A model generated the notes under the pieces. The model was not told where the DNA came from, searched no databases, and was given only the letters and a program-made list of their open reading frames with translations. Source: Scenedesmus sp. PABB004 (taxonomy: Eukaryota). Taken from it: 51,601 nt of DNA. The stretch is taken from assembly GCA_014905635.1 (NCBI GenBank), contig JABVCE010000004.1:1736001-1787601 (forward strand), written 5' to 3'. Of this stretch, positions 11,955 through 22,776 are shown in pieces. The position numbers and the translations under genes are program-made. How positions within the stretch are numbered: the stretch's first letter is position 1; the number at the start of each line of letters is the position of its first letter.

Positions 11955-14403
11955 GCCGGCGCTGCGCGTGAGTGGCGTCATCGTCAACCGCGCGCACAGC
12001 GCCGCGCCGTCGGCGCGCGGCGCGCTGGCAGACGCGCTCGCTGCGGCGGGGCTGGGCAGCGTGGAGGTGCTGGGCCTGCTGCCCAAGGTGCGGGGTGTGC
12101 CGGACCCGCGCCCTGCGCCGCGCCGCGCCCGCCAGTCGCTCACGCGCGCGCGCGCCCGCGCCGCAGCTCAACCAGCTCGCCGGCGAGCCCGGCGCGTGGA
12201 GCCCCGCGGAGCTGCAGGCGCTCGGCGCGCTGGTGGCGCAGCACGTGGACCTGCCGCGCCTGCGCGACGTCGCGGCGCGCGCGGACGTGCCGGCGCCGCG
12301 CGCGCCGCTGCCGCCCCCGGTGCGCACGTTCCGCGTGTCGCTGGGCGTCGCGCGGGACGCGGCGTTCTTCTCCTACTTCGCCCAGTGAGCGCCGCCCCAG
12401 CGCGCCGCCCACGCGCCGCGGCAGCTGCGGCGGGGCGGGCGCCGCGGCAGCTGCGGCGGGGGACGGGGCGCCGACACCCTCCCCCTGTGCCCGCCCCGCG
12501 CCCGCTCCGCGCCCGCGCAGGAATTTGCACATGCTCGCGGCCGCGGGCGTGCAGCTCGTGCCGTTCTCGCCGCTGCGCGACGCTGCGCTGCCGCCGGGGC
12601 TGTCGGGCGTGCTCCTGGGCGGCGGCGACGTCGTGGCGTGCGCGCCGCAGCTGGCGGCCAACACGCCCATGCTCGCGGCGCTGCGTGCGTTTGCGGGTGC
12701 CGGCGGCCTGGTGGTGGGCGAGGGCGCGGCGGTCATGTACCTGGCGCAGTCGGTGCAGCGCCCGGGGCAGCAGCAGCGCCACGACATGGGTGCGCGCCGG
12801 GCGGCGCGCCGCTGGCGGCAGCAGCCCAGCAGCGACGCAACGCGGCGCGACGAGCCGCGCCGCCGCGCCGGCGCGCCGCCGCCTCACTCGCCGCCGCCCG
12901 CCCGCCCGCCCGCCCGGCCGCAGTGGGCCTGCTCCCCTTCCACACGCAGGCGCTGTCCCAGGCCGGCGACGACGCGCAGCCCGGCTACGTGAGCGTCAGC
13001 GTGGCGGCCGACCCCCACCCGCTGCTGCTGCCCGGCAGCCAGCTGCGCGGCCTGGCGAGCTGCTGCTGCCAGGTGGTGGAGGAGCGGCTCGTGGGCGGCC
13101 TCTCCGCGGCGCTCGTGGCGGCGGGCGCACGGCAGCAGCAGCTGGCGGCGTGCGGCGACCCCGCCCGCGCGGGCCCAGCGGCGGCGGCGGCAACGGCGGC
13201 GCCGGGCGGCGCCGCGGCGGAGCCGCCGACCCAGGGCGGCAGCCCGCCGGCGCGCGGCGCGGCGGTGAGCTACAGCTACAGCTGCGTGCCGCTGGCGGCG
13301 CAGCCGGGCACGCCGGCGGTGGCAGAGGGCTACACGTGCGGCACGGCGCTGGCGAGCTGCGTGCAGCTCCACTACGGCAGCTGCCCGGAGCTGGTGCAGC
13401 ACATGGCGCAGCGCTGCCTGCGCGTGGACGTCGCGTCCGTGACGGCGGCCGCGAGCGCGGCGGCCACCGCGGCCGCCGCGGCGCTGCCGCGAGCGCCGCC
13501 GCTGGTGCTGCCGCCCAGCCCGCGCGGTGACGCGCCGCCGCAGCCAGGCGGCCTGCACTCGCCCGGCCAGGGCAGCCTGTCGGCGCCCGACCTGCAGCGC
13601 GTGCTGTGGCAGCAGCACGTGGCCGCGGCGGCGTGCGGCACGCCGTGCGTGGCCGGCAGCAGCCCCGGCTCGGACTCGTGGATGGCGACGGGCTGCGCGG
13701 GCCTGGCGGCCAGCCGGCAGCGCAGCGCGAGCATCCCGGCCAACATGTGGCAGCTGGGAGCGGCAGAGCAGTACGCGCACTACCAGCAGCACGTCGCGCT
13801 GCTCGCGGCGGCGCAGGGCGCCGCGGGCGCGCCCACGGCGATGCACGGCGCCGGCAGCTTCAGCGCCGCCGGCGCCGGCGGCGGCGCGCAGGCGCAGCAA
13901 GCGCACAGCGCGGGGCAGCACGGCTGGCACGGCCTGCCGCTGCACGTGCCCAAGCGCTGGAGCCTGGAGCTGCAGCGCCTCGGCAGCCTGACCAGCCAGC
14001 TGCTGCCGGGCGCGAAGAGCCCCACGGGCCAGTCGCAGGCGGGGCAGCACGGCGCCGGCCGCGGCGCGCCCGGGCACTCGCGCAGCACCAGCCTGGGCGT
14101 GGGCATGGGCCACCTGCCCGAGGAGGCGCCGCTGTCCGAGGACGCCATCCGCGTGCTCGACAGCAGCCTGCCCGCGCTGCTCGGGCGCACGCACCAGACC
14201 CACATCGGCCTGGCGGTGCCGCTGAGCGGCGCGGCGGCGGCGGCCGCCGCAGCCCACGCGAGCGGCGGCTCGTGCGGCGGCGCCGCGTTCGGCGCCTCGC
14301 CCGGCAGCACGGCGGTGCGGCCCGAGGGCGGCGGCATGTCGCGCAGCAGCAGCGTGCACGAGCAGATGTCGCAGCTCGCGGCCAGCCTGGCAGCGCACGA
14401 GGC

Positions 14404-14443
<40 letters not shown>

Positions 14444-15396
14444 TCGGCAGCGCCCTCGCTCGCCGACGACAGCACGGCGGCGCCGGCCACCACCACGCAG
14501 GCCTCCGAGTGCGAGCTCACGGCGTGCCTGGCGGTCGAGGCGCAGCTGGCGCCGCCGCAGCCGCAGCTGCTGCTGCGCGGGCTGCGGGGGCCCGACGGCG
14601 ACGGCCTGCCGCCGGCGGGGCCGCACCACCACTACCACACGCCGCGGCCGGCCGCGCCGCGGCTGTCGCTGGAGCAGCACAGCCAGCAGCAGCAGCAGCT
14701 CGCGTGCGCGGCGCGGCCGTCGTTCGACTCGGCCTTCCCGCCGGCGCTGGCGCGCATCCAGCAGCAGCTGGAGAGCGACGGCGGCGCGGGCGCCGCCGCG
14801 GCGCGGGAGGCGGCGCTGCGGGGCCTGCTGCCCGGCGGGCAGCACGGCAGCGCGGACAGCCTCCTCTTCAGCGCCGGCAGCGGCGGCAGCGGCGGCGGGC
14901 GCCCGCCGCACGGCGGCGGCCTGCCTAAGAGCGCGAGCAGCGGCAAGCTCAGCGTCGGCGGCGCGCCGCTCACGCCCGCGGCGCGGCACGGCCCCGGCGG
15001 GGCCATCATCAGCCTCTCGCCCGCCGCCACGGACTGCCTGGTCGCGCTGGGCCTCGCGGGGCGCCTCGCAGGCGTGACGGACGCGTGCAGCACGCAGCAG
15101 CTCAGCGCCGCGGCGGCCGGGCCCGGCACCCGCTTCGCGCCGCTGCTCGACGCGATCGGCGCGCCGTGGGCGGCGGAGGCCGCGGAGGAGGCGGCCGCGG
15201 CCGACGCGCGGCGCGGCGGCGCGCCCGTGGTGTGCCGGCTCGTGGACGGCCCCGACGGCCTGCCGCGCTACAAGCTCGACGAGGACGCCATCCGCGCCGC
15301 GCAGCCGGGGCTCGTGGTCGTGGCGTGCGAGGAGGGCGCGGACGAGCAGCCGCCGCAGCCGCACCAGCAGCTCGCGCGCGGCGGCAGCGGCGGCGG

Positions 15397-15429
<33 letters not shown>

Positions 15430-16309
15430 CGGCGTCGGCGCGTCGATGAACGGCGCGGTCGCGGTGCCGGGGCGGGTGCGGCTGGAGGTCGCGGTCGTGC
15501 AGCGCGTGCTGCAGCGCGCGGGCGTGCTGTGGCCGAGCGCGCGCGCCGCGGTGCTGTACCAGCGCTGCCACAGCCTGTCGGAGGTGCTCGAGTTCATCCT
15601 CGTCCTCGCCGCCGCCGCGGGCGCGCCGGCGCGCGGCCTCGCGCTCGTCGCAGGCCTGCGCGCGCGCCTGCGCGCCGCCGCGGCGCGGCTGTGCGCCGCG
15701 GGCGACGGCCCCGCGCGCCGCGCGAGCAGCAGCAGCAGCGGGAGCGCGAGCGGCAGCGGCACCGGCACCGGCAGCGCCAGCGGCAGCGCCAGCACCGTTG
15801 ACGCGGCGCCCGCGCGGCGCGCGCGCGCGCCGCGCGTGGTGGTGCTGGAGAGCGTGACGCCGCTGCGCCTGGCCGGCTTCTGGGTGCCTGAGCTGCTGGA
15901 CCTCGCCGGCGCGGAGCAGCCGAGCCTCGCGCCGGCCGCGGGCGAGCCGCCCGCGTGCGTCGCGTGGGCGGCGCTGCGCGGCGCGGCGCCCGACGTGCTC
16001 GTGCTCGCACTGTCGGGCCTCGACGCGGGCGCGGCGGCGCACCACACCGCCACGCTGGCGGGCCTGCCGGGCTTCTGGTCGCTGCCCGCGGTGCGCGCGG
16101 GCGCGGTGTACGTGGTCGACCACGCCCTGCTGCTGCGCCCGGGGCCGGGGCTCGTGCTCGGCCTGGAGCTGCTCGGCCACGTCGTCGCGCCGGAGCGCCA
16201 GGCGCCGCCCGCGGGGCTCGCGCTCGGCAGCGTGCTCAAGCTGGGCCTGCACGGCGGGCAGCGCTGCCGCCCGCGGCTCGTGCCGCACTACCTCGCGCGC
16301 TGCGTCTGA
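11275..16309 (+). CDS. Fusion protein: N-terminal cobyrinate a,c-diamide synthase (CbiA/CobB)-like region with degenerate active sites, long low-complexity linker, C-terminal BtuF/TroA-like substrate-binding domain
   Basis: Exons 11275-11360, 11448-11488, 11597-12087, 12167-12384, 12521-12789, 12924-16309, all joined by GT-AG introns with consistent phase. CbiA-like motifs: LDGWLL, DLALVEGCRGVLDG, GSTAAVAGALGAPLVLLVDG, GVIVNR, LGVARDAAFFSYFAQNL, PFSPLRD, LLGGG, MVGLLP. BtuF-like motifs: IISLSPAATDCLVALGLAGRLAGVT, AGFWVPELLDLAG, PDVLVL, LPAVRAGAVYVVD, RPGPGLVLGLELLG. Confidence 0.88.
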
Positions 16310-16840
16310 CCCTCGGAGGCGCCGGGAGGGGCGCGTGTGTCGCCAGCAGTCTAAGCAGTCTTAGCAGTCAGGCCCAGGCGGTGTGCGTGCGGAGGGACGG
16401 GTAGTGCCAGCGGCAGTGGACAGGCAGGCCTCAAGTGTGCAGACAGAGAGGGAGCGTGCGGCGCGTGGTCGCCGTGACGGGCGCTGGATCGCGCGAGCGC
16501 TGCGGGAGGTTTGATTCTGCGCGCCCGTCGATGATCACGGCACTCGGCATGGCATGTACATCACCAACTTCACGCGCCGCCGCACAGCGGCGCGCGTCAT
16601 CATGTCTCGAAACGAGGGTTGAAGGACGAGGGCAACTGTGGTGTCGTTCGCTGCGCCCCGCATGCGCCAACAGCCGTGCCTCCCCCGCACAGCCCGGAAC
16701 CGCGTGCGCACGGCAACAGAGCGGCGGCAGCAGCAGTGGCCGCAGCAGCAGCGCGCGCTTGCGACGCAGCCAGCGCGCGCCAGAGGGGCAGCCGCCGCGC
16801 CTGTGCTTCCGGCTGCGTCCCGTGCACACGATCAGGCAGC

Positions 16841-17870
16841 ATGCGGCGGGCGGTGAGCCGGCTGGGGGGCGCCCTGGGCGCGGCCATCACCTCGAGCGCC
16901 CCGGCCGGCAGCGCCGCGCTGGGCGGGCTGGGCGGCGCGCTGGGCCAGGTGCGGCGCTTCAACTTCATTCCCTACGTGATCGAGACCTCCAGCCGCGGCG
17001 AGCGGGCGTATGACATCTACTCGCGCCTGCTGAAGGAGCGCATCGTGTGCGTGAACGGCCCCATCGACGACGCCACCTCCAACGTCGTCGTCGCGCAGCT
17101 GCTCTACCTGGAGAGCCAGCACCCGGAGCAAAAGGCGCGCCGGCGGCGGCGCGGCGCGGCGCGGCGCGCGGCCGCGGCGCGCGTGTGCGTGCCGCAAGGC
17201 GACCGCCGCGCGCCGAGCACTGGCCGGGGCGCCGCGCAGGTCTCCATGTACATCAACTCCCCCGGCGGCGTGGTCACCGCGGGGCTGGCCATCTACGACA
17301 CCATGCAGTACGTGCGCTGCCCGATCAGCACGCTGTGCGTGGGCCAGGCGGCGAGCATGGCGTCGCTCCTGCTGGGGGCGGGCGAGCCGGGGGAGCGGCG
17401 CTGCCTGCCCAACGCGCGCATCATGGTCCACCAGCCCATCGGCGGCGCGCAGGCGCGGCGCGGCGGCGCGGGGGGCGCGGCGCGCGCAGTGCCTGCGCGC
17501 TGCGGCTCACGCGCCTGCGCCGCGCGCGCGCGCGCTCGCGCGGCAGGGCCAAGCCAGCGACATCCTGATCCAGGCCAAGGAGATTGAGCGCCTGCGCGAC
17601 CTGCTGGTACAGCTGTACGTGAAGCACGCGGGGCAGACGACCGAGGCCGTGGGTGAGCGTGGGGCCCCCGCGCCAGCCCGCACGCGGGGTCGCGGGCCGG
17701 CCGCCGCGCGCGAGTCCTGTCGCGCTGACCCTGCCGCGCCGCGCTGCGGTGCGCGCGCAGACAAGACGCTGGACCGCGACTGCTACATGAGCCCGACCGA
17801 CGCGCGGCGCTGGGGGCTGGTGGACCACGTCATCGAGCACCGCCCCCTCGAGACAGCGCGCTCGAGCTGA
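16841..17870 (+). CDS. clpP: ATP-dependent Clp protease proteolytic subunit, mitochondrial type (ClpP2-like), 4 exons
   Basis: Exons 16841-17134, 17240-17452, 17547-17652, 17761-17870. Motifs [58 protein letters not shown] (Ser), IMVHQP (His), DRDCYM (Asp). The N-terminus is Arg-rich and lacks acidic residues, like a presequence. Confidence 0.96.
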
Positions 17871-18404
17871 GACCTCTGGCGTCTCTGGGCGCAGCGACTG
17901 TCTCTCTCTCTCCCCGAGGGCGGGGCGCAGGACTTGGATGCGCGCACGGCCCGCGCTGGCGGCGTCAGCCGCGTGCGGCGGGCGCGCGGCGACGCGCGGC
18001 GGCGCGTGGCGAGCGCCGGGCGGGCGTAGCGCGCTGGTGACCGGGGTGGGCGTCGTGTGGGCTGTGTCGTGAGCGGCGCCGGCCGGATGGGTCGTCGCGC
18101 GCCCGCAATGTTAAGAACTCGCTCGAAACGTGCCGCCGCGTCGCTCCCGAACTCACACCCTGCCGCACGCGGTCCTGGGCCATCGACCGTGCCGCGCCCC
18201 CGCCGGGCACCGCGCCAGCGCAGCAGCAGGTCGCTCGCCGGCGCGCTGAGCTCCCGTTCGATTCGCCGCGCACGCTCATTGCGCCCGTCAATCTCGCCGA
18301 GCGCGCTCCCCGCGGCGGCAGCGGCCGGGGGCGCGCAGGCGGGGCGCGGCGCAGCAGCAGTCGCGCGGCAGCCCTCGCCGGCCACAGGGGGCCCGCGCTG
18401 CGCC

Positions 18405-19200
18405 ATGCAGGCGCGCCTGCGCCTCAGCCAGCCGGTCGGCGGGGCCACCCGCCGCGGCGCGCCTGCGCGGAGGCTCGCGCTGTGCAGGGCGGCGGCGCCA
18501 CCGCCAGGGCAGCAGCAGCCGCCCACCGGTGCCGGCGCGCCGCCGCAGCAGCCCGGTGCGGCTCCTAAGCAGCAGCCAGCGGCGCCGCAGCAGCCTGCGC
18601 CGGCAGCAGCTCAGCCGCCAGCGACGCAGCAGCCAGCGCCGGCGGCGCAGCCTGCAGCGGCGGCAGCTCAGCCTGCAGCGGCGGCAGCTCAGCCGCCTGC
18701 GCAGCAGCAGCCCGCGGCGGCGGCGGCGCAGCCTGCAGCAGCTCAGCCGCCAGCGGCGCAGCAGGCGCCTGCGCCGGCGGCGCCGTCGCGGCGCACGCGG
18801 CGCAGCGGCATCTCGGACCGCATCGAGCAGCTGCGGCGGCAGAACGACTCGTTGAAGCAGGCGATCGGCGTCTTCCTGGACCGCCCCCAGGACGTGGGCG
18901 TCGTCACGGGCAAGCCCACGGGCTCGTGGGACCAGGGCGGCACCGCCAGCCTGCTCGACCAGCTGCGCAAGCGCCCGCCCGGCGAGGGCGAGCAGGACGC
19001 GTCGCCGTCGGCGTCGCCGCGCGGCTCGCGAGACGAGGGCGAGGCAGCGGACGAGCTGCCGGTGGGCCCCACGTTCAGTACCAGCCTGTCCGCCCCCGAG
19101 TGGCCGCAGGCGGAGCCCGCCGCAGCGGCGACGGGGGCGGCGCCGGCGACGGGGGCGGCGCCGGCGGCGCCAGCAGCAGGAGCTGCTGCCGCGGCCGCCG

Positions 19201-19236
<36 letters not shown>

Positions 19237-22200
19237 GCAGCAGCAACGGCGTGCCGCCGGCTGCTGCCGCGGCGCCCGCGGCAGCGCCGCCGGTGCCGAC
19301 GCTGGAGCCAGCGGCCGCGGCCGCGGCAGCAGCGGCGGCGTGGACGGCAGCGCCTGCGGCAGCAGCTGCCGCGGCGCTCGCAGCCGGCGCGCAGGCCGCG
19401 GCGGCGGCCGCGCCATCGTTCGCGGTGGCGCCGCCCGCGGCGGCGCCCGAGGCGCCCGCGCGGCCGCGGCCTGCCATCCTGGGCACCATCCACGAGCGCC
19501 TGGAGGAGATGCAGCGCGAGCTGCGGGAGCACCAGGCGCAGCAGCAGGCCGCGAGCAAGCTGCTGGCGCCGCAGCCGGTAAAGCCGCGCGCGACAGGTGA
19601 GCTGGTTTTGGGAGGGGGGCAGGGCTGGGCGCGCTGGGCGCGCGGGGCAGCGCCGCCGCTGGCCCGGACGCTGCGCCGGTGCGCGGCGCCTGACGCCCAC
19701 GCGCTGCCGCCCGCGCCCGTCCACGCGCGCGCAGCGCGCAAGCGCAACGTCGGCGCGCTCGCGCCGCTGAGCATCGTGTTTGTGTCTGCCGAGGTCGCGC
19801 CGTGGAGCAAGACGGGCGGCCTGGGCGACGTCATGGGCGCGCTGCCGTCGGCCATGGCGGCGCGGGGCCACCGCGTCATGGTCGTCACGCCGCGGTGAGC
19901 CCGGGGGGGGGGGGGGGGGCGCGCGGCGGCCGGGCGACACGGGCGCGCCGCGCCGCGGCCCGCGGCCCGCCCGGGCTGGCCGAGGGGTGGGCGGCGCCCG
20001 AGCCCGGCCCGCCCGAGGGCCCCGCCCGCCCGAGCGCCGCGCCGCGCCGCGCCGTGCCGTGCAGGTACACCAACGGCGGCAAGGACGTGGCGCGCTACAA
20101 GGACACTGTGCCGGTGAAGGACAAGAGCGTGTGGGTGGAGCTCAACGGCGGGTGGCACGAGCTCAAGTTTTACACCGCGCTGCGGGGCGGCGTGGACCAC
20201 GTGTTTGTGGACCACCTCGCGTTCCAGCGTGAGGGCACGCCCTACGGCAACGCGGGCGGGCCGTTTGGGGACAACCTCTTCCGCTTTGCGCTGCTCTGCA
20301 TGGCCGCGCTCGAGGCGCCGCTCAACCTCAAGCTCATACGCGACAGGTGGGTGTGTGTGTGTGGGGGGGGGGGGGGAGCGTGGCGCGCCGCGTGGCAGCG
20401 TGGTGTGAGCCTGGCCGGCGTGCTCACGCCGCCGCTCACGCCGCCGCCGCCGCCGCCGCCGCCGGGGTCTGGCGGGCAGGTTTGGGCTGCCCACGGGCAA
20501 GACGTACGGGCAGGACGTGATGTTTGTGGCCAACGACTGGCATGCGGCGGCGCTGCCGCTGCTGCTGGCGGCGCGGTTCCGCCCCCACGGCGTCTACCCC
20601 AACGCGCGGTGCTGCCTGGCCATCCACAACCTCTCACACCAGGGCAGCTTCGAGCCGGCCCGCTTCGGCGAGCTGGGGCTGCCGGGCGACTGGTACGGCG
20701 CGCTGGAGTGGCAAAACCCCGAGGACGCGGCGCGGCGGCGGACCATCAACGTGCTCAAGGTGCGACCCCCGGGGGCCCGGCTCTGGCTGGCGGTGGCGGC
20801 GGCGGCGGGGCGCGCGCCCGCCCGCGCGCCCGCGCGCCCGCGCGCCGCGGTCTCCCCCCCCCCCCCCCCCAGCCCGCCGTCGCCGCGGGCTGTGTGCGTG
20901 TGCGCCGGGTGTGCGTGTGCAGGCGGGCATCGTGATGAGCGACGTGCTCGTGACGGTGAGCCAGGGCTACGCGGCCGAGATCAGCGGCACGCGGCAGGAG
21001 GGCCGCGTCGACATGCTCATCGCGCAGCGCGCGCCGCGCCTGCGCGGCATCGTCAACGGCATCGACACGTGCGAGTGGGACCCCGCGACGGACAAGCACC
21101 TCGCCGCCACGTGCGCGCGCCGCGCCGCGCCGCGCCGTGCCGCGCCGGCGGGCGGTCGCGCGCGCGCGCCGCGCGCGCCGCCGGGCCTCCTCCCGTCACC
21201 GCCCCCCTTCCCCTCCCCGCCGCCGCACGCGCAGGTACAGCGCGGGCGACCTGTCGGGCAAGGCGGCGTGCAAGGCGGCGCTGCAGCGGGAGATGCGGCT
21301 GCCGCTGGAGGACGTGCCGCTGATCGGCTTCATCGGCCGCCTCGACTACCAGAAGGGCCCAGACCTCGTGCTCGACGCGCTGCCCCGCCTCGCTAACCTC
21401 GACTGCCAGCTCGTCATGCTCGGCAGCGGCGCGGCCGACTACGAGGCCCGCCTCGCGGCGGCGAGCCGCGAGTGGGGCTGGTTCTGCCGCGGGCACGTGG
21501 GGTTCAGCGTGCCGCTGAGCCACAAGATCATCGCGGGCTGCGACATTCTGCTCATGCCCAGCAGGCGCGACCGGGGGGGGGGGGGGGGGGGGGCGAGGGC
21601 GCGCGGCGGCGGGGGCGGCGGGGGCGGGGAGGAGGCGGCCCGCCGCGCGCGCCGCACCGCCGCGCCGCCGCCGCGCCGCCGCCTGACGCCGCGCACCGCC
21701 GCGGGGTGTCGGGGCGCGTCCGTGCCACCACCAGGTTTGAGCCGTGCGGGCTGAACCAGATGTATGCGATGCGGTACGGCACGGTGCCCATCGCGCACGC
21801 GACGGGGGGCCTCATTGACACGATCGCAGACTACAACCCCTTCGCCAAGGGTGTGACCCGCACACGGCGGCCCACCACAGCGCACGCAGCGCGCGCCGCG
21901 CCGCGCGGCTGGCTGCCGGGGCATGCGGCCGCGCGCGCACGCCCCGTGGCGGGGCCGCCAGCCGCCGCCGACGCGCCGCCGCCGCCGCCGCCGCGCCGGG
22001 CCGCCGCAGGCGCGGGCGAGGGCACGGGCTGGACGTTCTCTCCCGCCGAGATTGAGCCCATGATCGCGGCGGTGTCGACGGCGGTGGAGCTCTACCGCGA
22101 CGCGCCGGAGCGCTGGCGCGCGCTGCAGCTGCGCGGCATGGCCGCCGACTCGAGCTGGGACCGCGCGGCGGCGCAGTACGAGGCGGTGCTCTGCGAGGCC

Positions 22201-22260
22201 ATGGCCGACGGCGTGCAGTACGCGGGCGCCGCCGGCGCGGCCGCGGGCGCGCGCAAATGA
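18405..22260 (+). CDS. Soluble starch synthase (SSI-like, GT5), plastid-targeted, 8 exons
   Basis: Exons 18405-19596, 19735-19894, 20065-20346, 20480-20759, 20923-21110, 21235-21564, 21735-21850, 22010-22260. Motifs [89 protein letters not shown] and RPHGVY are SSI-like. Confidence 0.93.
18510..18780 (+). repeat. Coding minisatellite-like Q/P/A repeat ([14 protein letters not shown]) in the starch synthase N-terminus
   Basis: Repeated gcagctcagcc / cagcctgcagcggcggcagct units translate as [11 protein letters not shown] and AAAAAQP. Confidence 0.7.
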
Positions 22261-22776
22261 GGAGGCCTGGGCGAGGGCGACGGCAGCGCGCGCGGCGCGC
22301 GTGCTGCCCGCGGCGGCCGCGGCGGCCGCGGCGGCACGGTGCGCGGCTGCGCTTGCCGCGCGGTGGAGGTCGGCTGGAGGACTGGCCGACGCGCCGCGCG
22401 CGGGCAACTCGAGCGGTGGCACGGGGCGCAGCGCTCGACGTACCGCTCGTTGGCTCGCGACCCCGCGTCGGGCTCCCGCTCCCGCCGCGCACTCACTCCG
22501 CGTTCAGGAACTCGTTGACGACGCAGCGCGTGCCGCGCCCGCGCCTGCCGCCCGGGCCGCCCTGCGCGCCTCCCGCCCTGCACTCCAGCTGCTCGCTGGC
22601 TCGCTGCCAGGCGTCCTCCAGCTCGCTGTAGACGCATACAGGGTCGCTCCAGCCTCTCAGCCGCCCGCAGCGCCTGGCCGGGCCCCCGCGCGCTCGCTCG
22701 GCCCCTGCTGCTCGCGGCCGATGCGCGCGCGCTGAGCGGGCGCCGAGCGGGCTCGGCAGCGGCGTGCGGGGGGGCC

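Noticed and set aside
11275..16309. Bacterial contaminant or a functional B12 biosynthesis operon
   Set aside because: The gene has five spliceosomal introns in host style and eukaryotic neighbours, no other cob/cbi or btuCD genes are present, and the catalytic motifs are substituted.
16345..16372. Short tandem AGCAGTC(T) x3 after the CbiA-BtuF stop; considered as a cobalamin riboswitch or regulatory element
   Set aside because: It is too short, and I could not identify B12-box or riboswitch core motifs near the gene. An Infernal/Rfam scan would be needed to exclude one formally.
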